A program made the position numbers and the translations under genes. The notes beneath the pieces are model-generated. The model saw only the letters and a list, made by a program, of their open reading frames with translations, made no database searches and was not told where the DNA came from. This document shows positions 1 through 9,513 of a stretch of DNA of 64,000 nt, one piece after another; the first letter of the stretch is position 1, and each line of letters starts with the position of its first letter. This DNA is from an uncultured Acidobacteriaceae bacterium (lineage in GTDB: Bacteria; Acidobacteriota; Terriglobia; Terriglobales; Acidobacteriaceae): positions 101,185 to 165,184 of the forward strand of contig CAWHSK010000001.1 in NCBI GenBank assembly GCA_963832035.1, in the 5' to 3' direction.

Positions 1-2
1 CG

Positions 3-734
3 GCCTGCATCGATAATGCAGCGCTCGCGGCTATTCTGCCGCGGGTGCATCGGCGTGTCTTCACTTACGGCATGGCAGCCGAGGCTGACTATCGGCTCGA
101 ATTTCTCGAGGCGCGTGCAGGCAGCTTCTCGCACTTTCAGGTGCATGCGCCGACGGGGGTGCTTGGTTCGTTTGAGCTGCATGTACCTGGCCGCCACAAC
201 GCGCTCAACGCCACGGCTGCTGTTGCGATTGCAGATCAGCTTGGATTGGGGTCGGAGAAGATTGCCGCGGGGATCTCCAGTTTTCGCGGAGTGGATCGCC
301 GTTTTCAGATTCGCGGACAGACAGGCGGAGTTACAGTTGTGGACGACTACGGCCATCATCCTACCGAAATTCGCGCCACATTGGCTGCCGCGCGCGAGTA
401 CTCTCACGGGCGCATTCATGTTGTCTTTCAGCCGCATCGATACTCGCGGACCCGCGATTTGCTTGACGAGTTCGGCGGAGCCTTTAAGGATGCGGACACT
501 GTGAACGTGCTTCCTATCTACGCGGCAAGCGAAGAACCATTGCCTGGAATCACTGCAGAATTGTTGACCTCCAAGATCGCGTCGCCCCACGCGCAATATG
601 TGCCCGACTTTGCCACCGCCATCGATGCGGTTGCCGGTGCAGCTCGCGCGGGAGACCTGATTATGACGCTCGGTGCGGGCAGTGTGAGCCAGCTTGGGCC
701 GCAGATTCTGACCGCTCTTCAGGCCAGAACATAG
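3..734 (+). CDS. murC: UDP-N-acetylmuramate--L-alanine ligase, C-terminal part (5' end lies before the window)
   Basis: Mur-ligase motifs PGRHNALNA, GVDRRFQ, DDYGHHPTEI, VFQPHRYSR and TLGAG; frame is open from base 3; lies upstream of ftsQAZ. Confidence 0.93.
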   Translation, partial: ACIDNAALAAILPRVHRRVFTYGMAAEADYRLEFLEARAGSFSHFQVHAPTGVLGSFELHVPGRHNALNATAAVAIADQLGLGSEKIAAGISSFRGVDRRFQIRGQTGGVTVVDDYGHHPTEIRATLAAAREYSHGRIHVVFQPHRYSRTRDLLDEFGGAFKDADTVNVLPIYAASEEPLPGITAELLTSKIASPHAQYVPDFATAIDAVAGAARAGDLIMTLGAGSVSQLGPQILTALQART

Positions 735-830
735 CCTGATTTTCCAAGTATGAGAATCGGAGAAGTATTTTGTTGCGCGGAGGTATCGGCAGGCGCGCGC
801 GAGCGCTTGTAGCGGTCGTCACAGGTCATA

Positions 831-844
831 GTTAAACCGTTTAC
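831..844. promoter_or_regulatory. Possible LacI-family operator upstream of the GH30 gene
   Basis: GTTAAACCGTTTAC is a quasi-palindrome with an AAAC-CG-TTT core, about 65 nt upstream of a sugar hydrolase; pattern match only. Confidence 0.3.
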
Positions 845-907
845 TGGCGGGTTACATTGTGTGTATGATGTCGCGGACAAACAATTGTCTTAAGTAAGGA
901 GCATGAA

Positions 908-2344
908 ATGAAGCATGGATCGCGCCGGGATTTTTTGAAGACTGCCACTGCCTCCGCGGCGGCTCTTGCCCTTGCCCACAGGTTTCCGGCCTATGCGGCT
1001 GGTGCCGCTCCATCGGGGTCGGTAAAGGCTTGGGGAACCTTCCGCGATCAGCGTCATGCGGAGCGTCCGGCACTGGAGTGGAAGCGCGCGAGCCAGGTCG
1101 CCGCAAGCGCTATCCAACTCGACATGTCCGCGTCTCGGCAGGAGATTCTCGGTTTCGGCGCGGCAATCACCGAGTCCTCCGCATATATGCTCAGCCGGCT
1201 TACGGATGCAGAGCGCGCGCCTGTGATGCACGATCTATTCGCACCCGAGGCTATGGCGCTGAATGTCTGCCGCACGTGCATCGGATCGAGTGATTACGCG
1301 ACGAAGGTGTACAGCTACGACGAAAGCAACGAACCCGATCCTGATCTGAAAAAGTTTTCGATCGATCACGACAAGGAGTTCTACCTTCCGATTCTGCGTG
1401 AGGCACGCAAACAGAATCCCGATTTGTTTTTGTTCTCGTCGCCATGGAGCCCACCGGGCTGGATGAAACCGAACAACTCCATGATTGGTGGGGCGATGCG
1501 CAAACTGAGCTTCGGCCCGTACGCCAACTACTTCGTGAAGTTCCTCGACGCTTACAAGGCAGAGGGCGTGGAAATCAACGCCGTCACTGTTCAGAATGAG
1601 ACTGATGCCGAGCAAGAAGGCCACATGTCGGCCTGCTTGTGGGCACAGGAGCAGGAGATGGAGTTTGCTGCGCGCTTCCTCGCGCCTGCGATCCGCAAGG
1701 CCGGATTGAACGCAAAGATTTGGCTGCTGGATCACAACTACAGCCTGTGGGGACGCGCTGTTGACGAACTGAGCGATCCGTCGGTTTACGAAGCAGTCGA
1801 CGGAATCGCCTGGCACGGATATGTAGGTGAGCCAACAGCGATGACGCGCGTGCATGATGCGTTTCCCGCAAAGAACGCCTATTGGACAGAGGGCGGCCCG
1901 GACATTAACCAGCCGGACTACCAGACCGATCACACAAAGTGGGCCGATCAATTCAACGGCATCCTGAACAACTGGGCGCGGTCACTTACGGCTTGGAATG
2001 TTGCTCTGGATGAAAAGGGCAAGCCGGATCTCGGGCCGTTCTCGTGCGGAGGTGTCATCACGATCGACAACTCCACGCACAAAATCACAACCAGCGGCCA
2101 GTACTGGGCATTCGCGCACTATTCAAAGCACGTCAAACGCGGTGCAAGGGTTTTCGCAACCAACGCACTAGGTGGACCGACTATGGACGGCGTGTCGCAC
2201 ACCGGCTTCTGCAATCCTGACGGCAGTTGCGTTGTGGTGCTCGCGAACAAGGGTGCGGAGAAGCGTGTTCAACTCGTGATGGGATCTCAGACGCTGGACG
2301 TTGACCTGCCCGCGGATTCAGTGCAGACGCTGCTTTGGTCGTAA
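908..2344 (+). CDS. Glycoside hydrolase family 30 (glucosylceramidase-like) with Tat signal
   Basis: SRRDFLK twin-arginine leader; GH30 motifs GFGAAITES, SSPWSPPGWMK, TVQNE (acid/base) and WTEG (nucleophile); AAGGAG RBS. Confidence 0.9.
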   Translation: MKHGSRRDFLKTATASAAALALAHRFPAYAAGAAPSGSVKAWGTFRDQRHAERPALEWKRASQVAASAIQLDMSASRQEILGFGAAITESSAYMLSRLTDAERAPVMHDLFAPEAMALNVCRTCIGSSDYATKVYSYDESNEPDPDLKKFSIDHDKEFYLPILREARKQNPDLFLFSSPWSPPGWMKPNNSMIGGAMRKLSFGPYANYFVKFLDAYKAEGVEINAVTVQNETDAEQEGHMSACLWAQEQEMEFAARFLAPAIRKAGLNAKIWLLDHNYSLWGRAVDELSDPSVYEAVDGIAWHGYVGEPTAMTRVHDAFPAKNAYWTEGGPDINQPDYQTDHTKWADQFNGILNNWARSLTAWNVALDEKGKPDLGPFSCGGVITIDNSTHKITTSGQYWAFAHYSKHVKRGARVFATNALGGPTMDGVSHTGFCNPDGSCVVVLANKGAEKRVQLVMGSQTLDVDLPADSVQTLLWS

Positions 2345-2364
2345 GTGTTTTTGGGGCTTTACCC

Positions 2365-2398
2365 GGGGTGCTTCTTTCCGAAGCGCCCCTTCCTTTTT
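2365..2398 (+). terminator. Rho-independent terminator between the convergent GH30 and cyanophycinase-like genes
   Basis: Stem GGGGTGCTTC/GAAGCGCCCC, 5-nt loop, followed by TTCCTTTTT. Confidence 0.7.
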
Positions 2399-2401
2399 AG
2401 C

Positions 2402-3424
2402 TCAGTAGATTTCGTTTGCCGTTTGCGTCGAGTGTATCTTGCCATTTTCGACTGAGAGCTTGTAGGTGATGCCGTCTCCGGCCCATGACTTGATGTAGAA
2501 GTCTGCGCCCGGTGCGACCTTCTGCACGGTGAACGGACCGTAAGTCAACGGTTTGTGCGCCTCCAATGTCACGCCTGACACGTGGTCGGCATCAATGAAG
2601 TACGCTGCGCCGTAACCAACCACGTGCGCTCTGCCGTCCGGCTCAAGCAACACTGCTGCGCGTTCCTCGATTCCGATGCCCCTGACCAATGAGGTGCGGG
2701 GAGGCACTCCTTTTCCGTCTGGCTCGTTGAATCGAGCGAGGAATACAAGCAGGCGTCCCATGCGATCGCGCCTCGCAAAGTGAGTGTCGGTAACTATGTT
2801 TTTCAGGATGGGGATCGAGAGGAAATTTTGCGCCAGTCGAATTCGAGAGCTATATGGATCAGCCAATGCCGTTTTGCCGTCGAGGTTCGGGTCGTCGGGC
2901 TTGTCCCCTTGTGCGGTGTAGATGTACTCGCCCATCACAGCCAGCCCCGCGCTGGTGCCTCCGATCGGCACACCGCGCCGGATCGCATCGTTGAGCGCTA
3001 CCTGCACGGGCGAGTTCATCCAGAAATTGATGTAGTTTGCCTGATCGCCTCCGGCAATGAAGATCGCGTCGGCATGTTGGATTGCGTCACTTACGAATGG
3101 GTCGACTGCTGCGTCGCGATTGGGAATGATGAGGGTCGCCACGGAATTGAGATGGCAGAGGCCGCGGAGGTAGGGGTTGTATTCGTCGTCTCCGGTGGCG
3201 CGCAGCACAAGGAAATCTCCGCCGCCTGCGCGATCACAAAGAAACCTGAACGCATCGTCGAGGTCGGTGCCTCCGCCCATCAACGCAAAACCAGGCCGAG
3301 CCTGCGCCTTGATGTTCGATGGCTCTCCTGCCCGCATGTACCGATAGGCAGGCGACTGCGAGAGCGAGGCAAGCCCGCTCGCCGTAAGTAAAAATCCCAA
3401 ACCCAGCAGTCGCAAACACTCCAT
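2402..3424 (-). CDS. Cyanophycinase-like serine peptidase (family S51) with signal peptide
   Basis: LMGGG, IFIAGGDQANY, GGTSAGLAV nucleophile motif and DTHFARRDRMGRL; hydrophobic N-terminus. Confidence 0.85.
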   Translation of the reverse strand: MECLRLLGLGFLLTASGLASLSQSPAYRYMRAGEPSNIKAQARPGFALMGGGTDLDDAFRFLCDRAGGGDFLVLRATGDDEYNPYLRGLCHLNSVATLIIPNRDAAVDPFVSDAIQHADAIFIAGGDQANYINFWMNSPVQVALNDAIRRGVPIGGTSAGLAVMGEYIYTAQGDKPDDPNLDGKTALADPYSSRIRLAQNFLSIPILKNIVTDTHFARRDRMGRLLVFLARFNEPDGKGVPPRTSLVRGIGIEERAAVLLEPDGRAHVVGYGAAYFIDADHVSGVTLEAHKPLTYGPFTVQKVAPGADFYIKSWAGDGITYKLSVENGKIHSTQTANEIY

Positions 3425-3520
3425 TTCGGTAGCTTATTCTATGACGCGCTCGAAGCCCGTTACGGTACGGGTTCCCCTTCCAGAGTATGCGGAAAAAAGC
3501 CACTTTAGCGCAGGCTATAG

Positions 3521-4807
3521 TTGAGCCTGACGATTCTCCCGATCTACGGCTCAGGCGTGGCACAACGAGAAAATAAAACCCGGTCCCTTGTGTGGGAGGA
3601 AGAAGTCCCTGCAGAACCGCGCTTTCGGCGCGCGCAGCCCAGTGTGCCGATCTCCGGCCGCAGTCTGCCCGGTATGCCCGTCGATCTAAACGACGATGAC
3701 GATGATGGACCTCGAGGCCGCGGCAAACCACGCAAGTTCGGCGAAGAGGCCGTTCGGCCGTGGTGGCGTCCCGGATCTACCTTCGGCCGCGTTTTGCTGG
3801 GAGCGGGCCTGGCAATTGTCTTCTCGGCCATGGGATTCTGTGCCTATGTCGTCAAGAATTTTCTCGATCACGATGCGCGCTTCCGCATTGTGGGCACCAG
3901 CAACATTCAAGCCACAGGCCTGGGAGAGGTGAGCCGCGCAGAGATGCTGCCTGTCTTCGGTGAAGATATTGGCCGCAACATTTTCTTTGTGCCTCTCGCC
4001 GACCGGCGCAAGCAGCTCGAGCAGATTCCCTGGATCGAGCACGCAAGCGTAATGCGGTTGCTGCCCGATCAGATTCGCATCTCGGTAGTGGAGCGCAAAC
4101 CGATCGCCTTTCTTCGGCAGGGTGCGCAGGTTGGCCTCGTCGACGCAAATGGCGTTCTGTTGACCGAGCCGCCGGCGATGATGGCGCAGCATCACTATTC
4201 CTTTCCTGTGGTGACTGGAATCGACAGCCGCGACCCTGTTGCTTCGCGCCGTGCACGCATGGAGACGTATCAGCGTCTCATCGGCGAACTCGATGCCAAC
4301 GGGCAGCATCTCTCCGATCAAATCTCAGAGATCGACCTGTCGGATCCGGAAGATGCGCGCGTGCTGATGCCGGAGCAAGGAACTGACATCGTAGCGCACT
4401 TTGGTTCGGACCATTTCATGGAGCGCTATCAGCGCTACAAGGCGCACATTGCCGAGTGGCGGCAGCAGTATCCCAAGCTTGCCGAGGTTGATCTGCGCTA
4501 CGAGCAGCAGGTCGTGTTGCAGATGACGGGCGGGGCGAATGCCGCGCCGGCGAAGTTGAACGCGAGCGAGGCGGTTGACTCATCCCTGGAGTCTCCGAAA
4601 CCCGAGGCAGCAAAACCAGAAGTGAAGGCAGAGGCACCGAAGCCCGCGCAGCCGAAGCATGCCGCGACCACCAAAGTTGCAAAGGCGCATAGCCCGGCCA
4701 AACCGCCAACGAAGACGAAGGTTACGAAGAAGAAGCATCCTGATCCGAAGCACACCGTGAAAAAGACAACGCCGAAGCCACACGCTGCAACAGTCACCGG
4801 CCAGTGA
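3521..4807 (+). CDS. ftsQ: Cell division protein FtsQ/DivIB with a Lys/Pro/Ala-rich C-terminal tail
   Basis: Single TM segment, then POTRA-like region (LEQIPWIEHASVMRLLPDQIRISVVERKP) and DLRY motif; directly upstream of ftsA; TTG start. Confidence 0.9.
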   Translation: MSLTILPIYGSGVAQRENKTRSLVWEEEVPAEPRFRRAQPSVPISGRSLPGMPVDLNDDDDDGPRGRGKPRKFGEEAVRPWWRPGSTFGRVLLGAGLAIVFSAMGFCAYVVKNFLDHDARFRIVGTSNIQATGLGEVSRAEMLPVFGEDIGRNIFFVPLADRRKQLEQIPWIEHASVMRLLPDQIRISVVERKPIAFLRQGAQVGLVDANGVLLTEPPAMMAQHHYSFPVVTGIDSRDPVASRRARMETYQRLIGELDANGQHLSDQISEIDLSDPEDARVLMPEQGTDIVAHFGSDHFMERYQRYKAHIAEWRQQYPKLAEVDLRYEQQVVLQMTGGANAAPAKLNASEAVDSSLESPKPEAAKPEVKAEAPKPAQPKHAATTKVAKAHSPAKPPTKTKVTKKKHPDPKHTVKKTTPKPHAATVTGQ

Positions 4808-4814
4808 GAGAACG

Positions 4815-6026
4815 ATGATCGAGAAGCAAGACGACAATCTGATCGTGGTGCTCGACGTGGGTAGTTCGTGGACGCGGGTTCTGGCGGCCGATGTGAATGA
4901 GGGCGCGCTTCGCTATCGCGGACACGGGCTGGTTGAATCAACTGGAATGCGCAAAGGACTCATCTCCGAGCTTGGTCCCGCAGCCAAAGTGGTGAAGGCG
5001 GCGAACGAGCAGGCGGAGTGGACTGCGCGCGCCAACATCGACCAGTGCGTGGTTGGCGTAGGCGGCCCGCATATTCGCGGACTGAACACGAACGGCGGGC
5101 TCGACCTTGGTAGCCGTATGCGCGAGATTACTCGCGACGATGTGCGTGCCGCTGTCGAACGAGCACGCGCTGTGGAACGGCCGCCGGACCGCGAGATTCT
5201 GCACCTGCTGCCGCGTCAGTTTATTCTCGATGATCAGCCCGGCATCTTCGATCCGGTGGGCATGGTTGGCGCGCGGCTTGAAGTGGATTTGCATATCGCC
5301 ACGTGTTCGGGCAGCGCGCTGCAAAGCACGGTGACATGCGCAAATCGTGCAGGGCTTGAAGTATCAGAGGCGGTGCTCGAATCGATCGCGGCAGCGGAGT
5401 CAACGCTTTCAGCCGACGAACGCGAACTTGGGGTCTGTTTGCTGGATATTGGCGCGCACTCCAGCGACATGGTTGTGTTCTTCGAGGGCGCGGTGGCACA
5501 CACGTCATCGGTGCCCGTTGGCGGCAATCACTTTACGAACGACCTGGCCGTCGGTTTGCAGATGCCGGTGGCACAGGCTGAGGAGTTGAAGCGCCAGTAT
5601 GGGCACGCTGTTGTCACGGCGGTTCCGATTGAAGCGGAGATTGAGATCAATAATCCAGAGCCGCAACGTCTCGTATTACGCACACTTGCTGAGATTCTGG
5701 AACCGCGGGCCCGTGAGCTTTTGTATTTTGTAAAAGAGAGTCTTCGCCAGGGCGGCGTGCTTGAAGCGCTTGGCGCCGGATGCGTGTTGACCGGCGGCGG
5801 TGCCATGTTGCCGGGCATGCTGGATGTTACGGAGAGCCAGCTTAGGGTTCCGGCTCGGACGGGTATGCCGGTGCGGCTATCCAATATGCCAGGCGAACTA
5901 GTTCATCCCAGCTTTTCCACTGCCATCGGAATGCTACTGTATGCACATCGCACCCGTGTAACCCGTGCGGCAGAAAACAACAGCCTGCGCGCCAAGCTGC
6001 GCGCCATATTCGCAGCGAGTTTCTAA
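4815..6026 (+). CDS. ftsA: Cell division protein FtsA
   Basis: [28 protein letters not shown] and VLTGGGAML actin-like ATPase motifs; lies between ftsQ and ftsZ. Confidence 0.95.
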   Translation: MIEKQDDNLIVVLDVGSSWTRVLAADVNEGALRYRGHGLVESTGMRKGLISELGPAAKVVKAANEQAEWTARANIDQCVVGVGGPHIRGLNTNGGLDLGSRMREITRDDVRAAVERARAVERPPDREILHLLPRQFILDDQPGIFDPVGMVGARLEVDLHIATCSGSALQSTVTCANRAGLEVSEAVLESIAAAESTLSADERELGVCLLDIGAHSSDMVVFFEGAVAHTSSVPVGGNHFTNDLAVGLQMPVAQAEELKRQYGHAVVTAVPIEAEIEINNPEPQRLVLRTLAEILEPRARELLYFVKESLRQGGVLEALGAGCVLTGGGAMLPGMLDVTESQLRVPARTGMPVRLSNMPGELVHPSFSTAIGMLLYAHRTRVTRAAENNSLRAKLRAIFAASF

Positions 6027-6030
6027 GATC

Positions 6031-7461
6031 ATGTCAACCACGAATGGGGAGGCGCCAGCCGCTATGGATCAGCAGAAGATAGAAGCCGCAGAGATACGCA
6101 TTCAGTTTCACGACGAAGAACAGCGTGGAGCGCGAATCAAAGTCATCGGTGTGGGTGGCGGCGGCGGTAACGCCGTGAATCGCATGATTCAGGCCGGCCT
6201 GGAGGGTGTCGAGTTCATTGCGGCGAATACTGACGTGCAGGCGCTGAAGCTGTCGCTGGCTCCGATCAAGCTGCAACTCGGCGTACGCTTGACGGCTGGT
6301 TTGGGTGCCGGCGCGAATCCCGACGTAGGCCGGCGCGCGGCGCTTGAAGATTCCGAGAAGATCATCGAGGCGCTCGAAGGCGCGGACATGGTGTTTGTAA
6401 CCGCGGGACTCGGCGGCGGCACCGGAACTGGCGCGGCTCCGGTGATTGCTTCGCTGGCGAGCGAGATGGGGATTCTTACTGTCGCTGTGATCACGCGGCC
6501 CTTCGCCTTCGAAGGTAAGCGCCGTCTGCAACAGGCGGAACGCGGATTGAAGGAGCTTCTCGAAAGCGTGGATACGATGATCGTGATCCCCAACGAGAAG
6601 CTGCTGGCTGTTGCCAAGGACGCGGGATTCTTTGAGAGTTTCCGCATCGCCGATGACGTATTGCGGCAAGGTGTTCAAGGCATCTCCGACATCATCACGA
6701 TTCCCGGCATCATCAACCGCGACTTTGCCGATGTGAAGACCACGATGGCGGGCATGGGTCACGCTGTGATGGGGACGGCGATTCGTTCTGGTGACAACCG
6801 TGCGAAAGAAGCCGCACAAGCTGCGATGGCTTCTCCGCTGCTCGATGCCGGTGCGATCGATGGGGCGCGTGGCATCCTGATCAACATCACGGGATCCAGC
6901 AACCTGAAGCTTTCGGAGGTCAACGAGGCATCTTCGCTGATCCAGAGTTCGGCACACGAAGATGCCAACATCATCTTCGGCGCAGTGCTCGACGAGCGGA
7001 TGGGCGAGGAGGTGAAGATCACGGTGATTGCTACCGGCTTCCGGGACCAGATGCCAGAGCGGCGTGCGCGCATGCTGAACGTGGAAGAGATGGCTGTGGT
7101 TTCGGTTCCAGTGGTTGCGGCGGATGCATGGATGCGCGAGAAAGCTCCAGTGCCAACGCCGGCTCCAGCCCTTCCGCGGTTCATGAGCGAGGACGAAGAC
7201 GAGGAATCGGGCGATGGCGTGGATGCCGAGCCTGAGTTTGTAGCAGCAGCGGCTCGGCAGAATCGAGTGGAGATGGCTGAGGAGCCGGCATTCGCGCCGC
7301 TGCCGCGCGATTACGCTTCTGACTTTGGTAACCGCGCGCGGACGCCTGCGATTACGGAGGAGCCTGTCGATCAGCCCGGTGTAAGTCCTTTGACTGCCGC
7401 TTCAGGTGAAGAGGAGAGGGACCTGGATGTGCCGACGTTCATGCGGCGGATGAAGTTCTGA
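6031..7461 (+). CDS. ftsZ: Cell division protein FtsZ
   Basis: [25 protein letters not shown] signature, NRDFADV, C-terminal core [10 protein letters not shown]; ATG at 6031 chosen just after the ftsA stop. Confidence 0.98.
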   Translation: MSTTNGEAPAAMDQQKIEAAEIRIQFHDEEQRGARIKVIGVGGGGGNAVNRMIQAGLEGVEFIAANTDVQALKLSLAPIKLQLGVRLTAGLGAGANPDVGRRAALEDSEKIIEALEGADMVFVTAGLGGGTGTGAAPVIASLASEMGILTVAVITRPFAFEGKRRLQQAERGLKELLESVDTMIVIPNEKLLAVAKDAGFFESFRIADDVLRQGVQGISDIITIPGIINRDFADVKTTMAGMGHAVMGTAIRSGDNRAKEAAQAAMASPLLDAGAIDGARGILINITGSSNLKLSEVNEASSLIQSSAHEDANIIFGAVLDERMGEEVKITVIATGFRDQMPERRARMLNVEEMAVVSVPVVAADAWMREKAPVPTPAPALPRFMSEDEDEESGDGVDAEPEFVAAAARQNRVEMAEEPAFAPLPRDYASDFGNRARTPAITEEPVDQPGVSPLTAASGEEERDLDVPTFMRRMKF

Positions 7462-7485
7462 TGAAAGCGGCCCAAAAACAGGGAC

Positions 7486-7513
7486 TTGCTTTGAATCGAG
7501 AGAACGGTATAGT
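7486..7513 (+). promoter_or_regulatory. Possible sigma70 promoter for the transpeptidase gene
   Basis: TTGCTT-16 nt-TATAGT, about 190 nt upstream of the ATG at 7701. Confidence 0.35.
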
Positions 7514-7700
7514 TCAAAGTAGCTCTCCAAAAATACAGGGTTTCAAACAGCGGCCCGAAATAGAAGTTCAATGTAAGGGTGTTGTCTTTTCCCGGTCACT
7601 TGTGGGCGGTCCACAAAGAAGCCGACGGGTGAATTTGCTCACATACTGCGACCAAGGCGTGTGACATAAACAGTTCGAAAACAGTTCGAACAAAGAAGAA

Positions 7701-8981
7701 ATGCACGCAATCCATTTTGTTGAGGGGAATTTTTCTGGAATGAGACTGTCTCGGTTGTTTGCTTTGGGGCTGGCGGTAGTTGGAACGAGCATTGGAGCCG
7801 GTCGCGCGATTGCGCTTGATGTTCACCACACAGTGCATCACGCCAAGGCCACGAGCAAGCATCTGACCTTAAAGACCACCTCGCATTCCAGGACATCTTC
7901 CACGGCATCTCATCATGTGTATACGACGCGATCGAGTGCCTCTCTTCATCACGTTGTGATTGCCGGCCACCATCATCACTACTATGGCGAGCGCTTCACG
8001 GCGAGTTCGTTTGCAAAGGGCGACATCTTTGCGGGAGACATCACGACCGGCGAAGATCCGGTTGTGCGGCAGGCCGCGATTGACGCGCTGGGCGACATGA
8101 ACGGGACGGCGGTAGTGATCGATCCATCGAATGGCCGCATTCTGGCCATGGTCAACCAGAAGCTGGCGCTTTCACCGGGTGCAGAGCCCTGCTCCACCAT
8201 CAAGCTTTCTGTCGCCCTGGCCGCGTTGAGCGAAGGGCTGGTTACGCGCGACACGCCGGTCCAACTCGCCGGTTTCCGCATGAACATGACGGACGCGATT
8301 GCCAAGAGCAACAATCTCTATTTCGAAGAGCTTGGACGCGAACTTGGCTTTGAGCGTGTGCGCCACTACGCAACACAGTTTGGACTGGGCGAACTGGCCG
8401 GTTACCACATCGAAGGCGAACAGCTTGGCGAGTACCCGACCCAGGTATTACCCGTATCGGAAGGCGGCGTAGGCCGCATGTGCAGCTTCGGACAGGGCGT
8501 TTCAATGACGCCGCTGCAACTTGGCGCCTTTGTCGCAGCCATGGCCAATGGCGGAACTCTCTACTATCTGCAGCATCCCACATCGACCGAAGAAGTGATG
8601 GCATTCCAGCCCAAAGTGAAGCGGACACTGGATATCGCCCGCTACGTGCCGGATATGCAGGACGGCATGGCCGGTGCTGTGCAGTACGGGACCGCACGTC
8701 GCCTGCGAGCCAACTTTCAGGAGCTGCCGGTATTTGGCAAGACAGGCACCTGCTCCGATAAAGGGACACGGTTTGGGTGGTTCGTTTCTTACTCCGAGAC
8801 ACCGCTGGGCAGCCTGGTGACGGTGTTCTTCCTCGAAGGCGGCCGGCCAACGTTCGGTCCGCGCGCAGCGGAGTTGACGGGCGAGTTCTACAAGAATCTA
8901 TGGGATCGAAATTATTTCGCCGAGAAGGGCACGCAGGCTCACGCCGCACTGCAAGTGACAAGCACAACGAGCACACGGTAG
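7701..8981 (+). CDS. Secreted stand-alone penicillin-binding transpeptidase-domain protein with a His-rich N-terminus
   Basis: Signal peptide; complete SxxK (STIK), SxN (SNN) and KTG motifs; no dimerisation or glycosyltransferase domain. Confidence 0.85.
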   Translation: MHAIHFVEGNFSGMRLSRLFALGLAVVGTSIGAGRAIALDVHHTVHHAKATSKHLTLKTTSHSRTSSTASHHVYTTRSSASLHHVVIAGHHHHYYGERFTASSFAKGDIFAGDITTGEDPVVRQAAIDALGDMNGTAVVIDPSNGRILAMVNQKLALSPGAEPCSTIKLSVALAALSEGLVTRDTPVQLAGFRMNMTDAIAKSNNLYFEELGRELGFERVRHYATQFGLGELAGYHIEGEQLGEYPTQVLPVSEGGVGRMCSFGQGVSMTPLQLGAFVAAMANGGTLYYLQHPTSTEEVMAFQPKVKRTLDIARYVPDMQDGMAGAVQYGTARRLRANFQELPVFGKTGTCSDKGTRFGWFVSYSETPLGSLVTVFFLEGGRPTFGPRAAELTGEFYKNLWDRNYFAEKGTQAHAALQVTSTTSTR

Positions 8982-9002
8982 TCGTCCGCATCCTCTAACG
9001 GC

Positions 9003-9029
9003 AAAAGCCGCCTACGGGCGGCTTTCCTT
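9003..9029 (+). terminator. Rho-independent terminator, likely bidirectional
   Basis: AAAAGCCGCC-TACG-GGCGGCTTT: UNCG tetraloop stem with A and T tracts on either side. Confidence 0.8.
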
Positions 9030-9135
9030 ATTGCGCGGACAGCCGGGGGATCCCCTTCTATGCCGGCTTCGAGATTCTCGCCGTCGTCATCCGCTTCGTC
9101 ATGCGGATCTTTCATCTTGAGATATAGGAAAACTA

Positions 9136-9184
9136 GGTGCCCCATCCATGGCGCAGCATCATCGCGCCATGGGTGGGAAAGCAC
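9136..9184 (-). repeat. REP-like palindromic element, family A (TTTCCCACCC...GGATGGGGCA)
   Basis: Reverse complement GTGCTTTCCCACCCATGGCGCGATGATGCTGCGCCATGGATGGGGCACC is nearly identical to 58477-58525 and shares both ends with 16865-16901. Confidence 0.85.
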
Positions 9185-9513
9185 ATACCTTCGCGGCTTC
9201 TTCGGTCCAATCCGACCCCTTAGCCCAAACGCAAATCAGCCCCGAAAGCATCCACCTTCGGGGCCGATCTCGACCAATAGATAAGGAGAAGTAAACGCTG
9301 CTTGTCGGCGTCCCATTCAGCCTGCGATCCGGAACCTTGCCGGATCCTCGTGCCTGCCCACCGATGCAACATCGGAAAGGCCCTGCCCGATTCGCTCCCC
9401 GCCAAGAAAAGGCCGAGAAGTTTGGTTCACGAAGTATATCCAACTCCCTGCAAATGCGAATACTTACGAAAGTCACATGAACCCGGCTTGCCACTCCGGG
9501 CGTCCTATCGTCG

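Noticed and set aside
8939-9494. Minus-strand ORFs 8939-9184, 9159-9494 and 9220-9405
   Set aside because: They run through a REP element or a terminator, lack clear RBS and resemble no protein family
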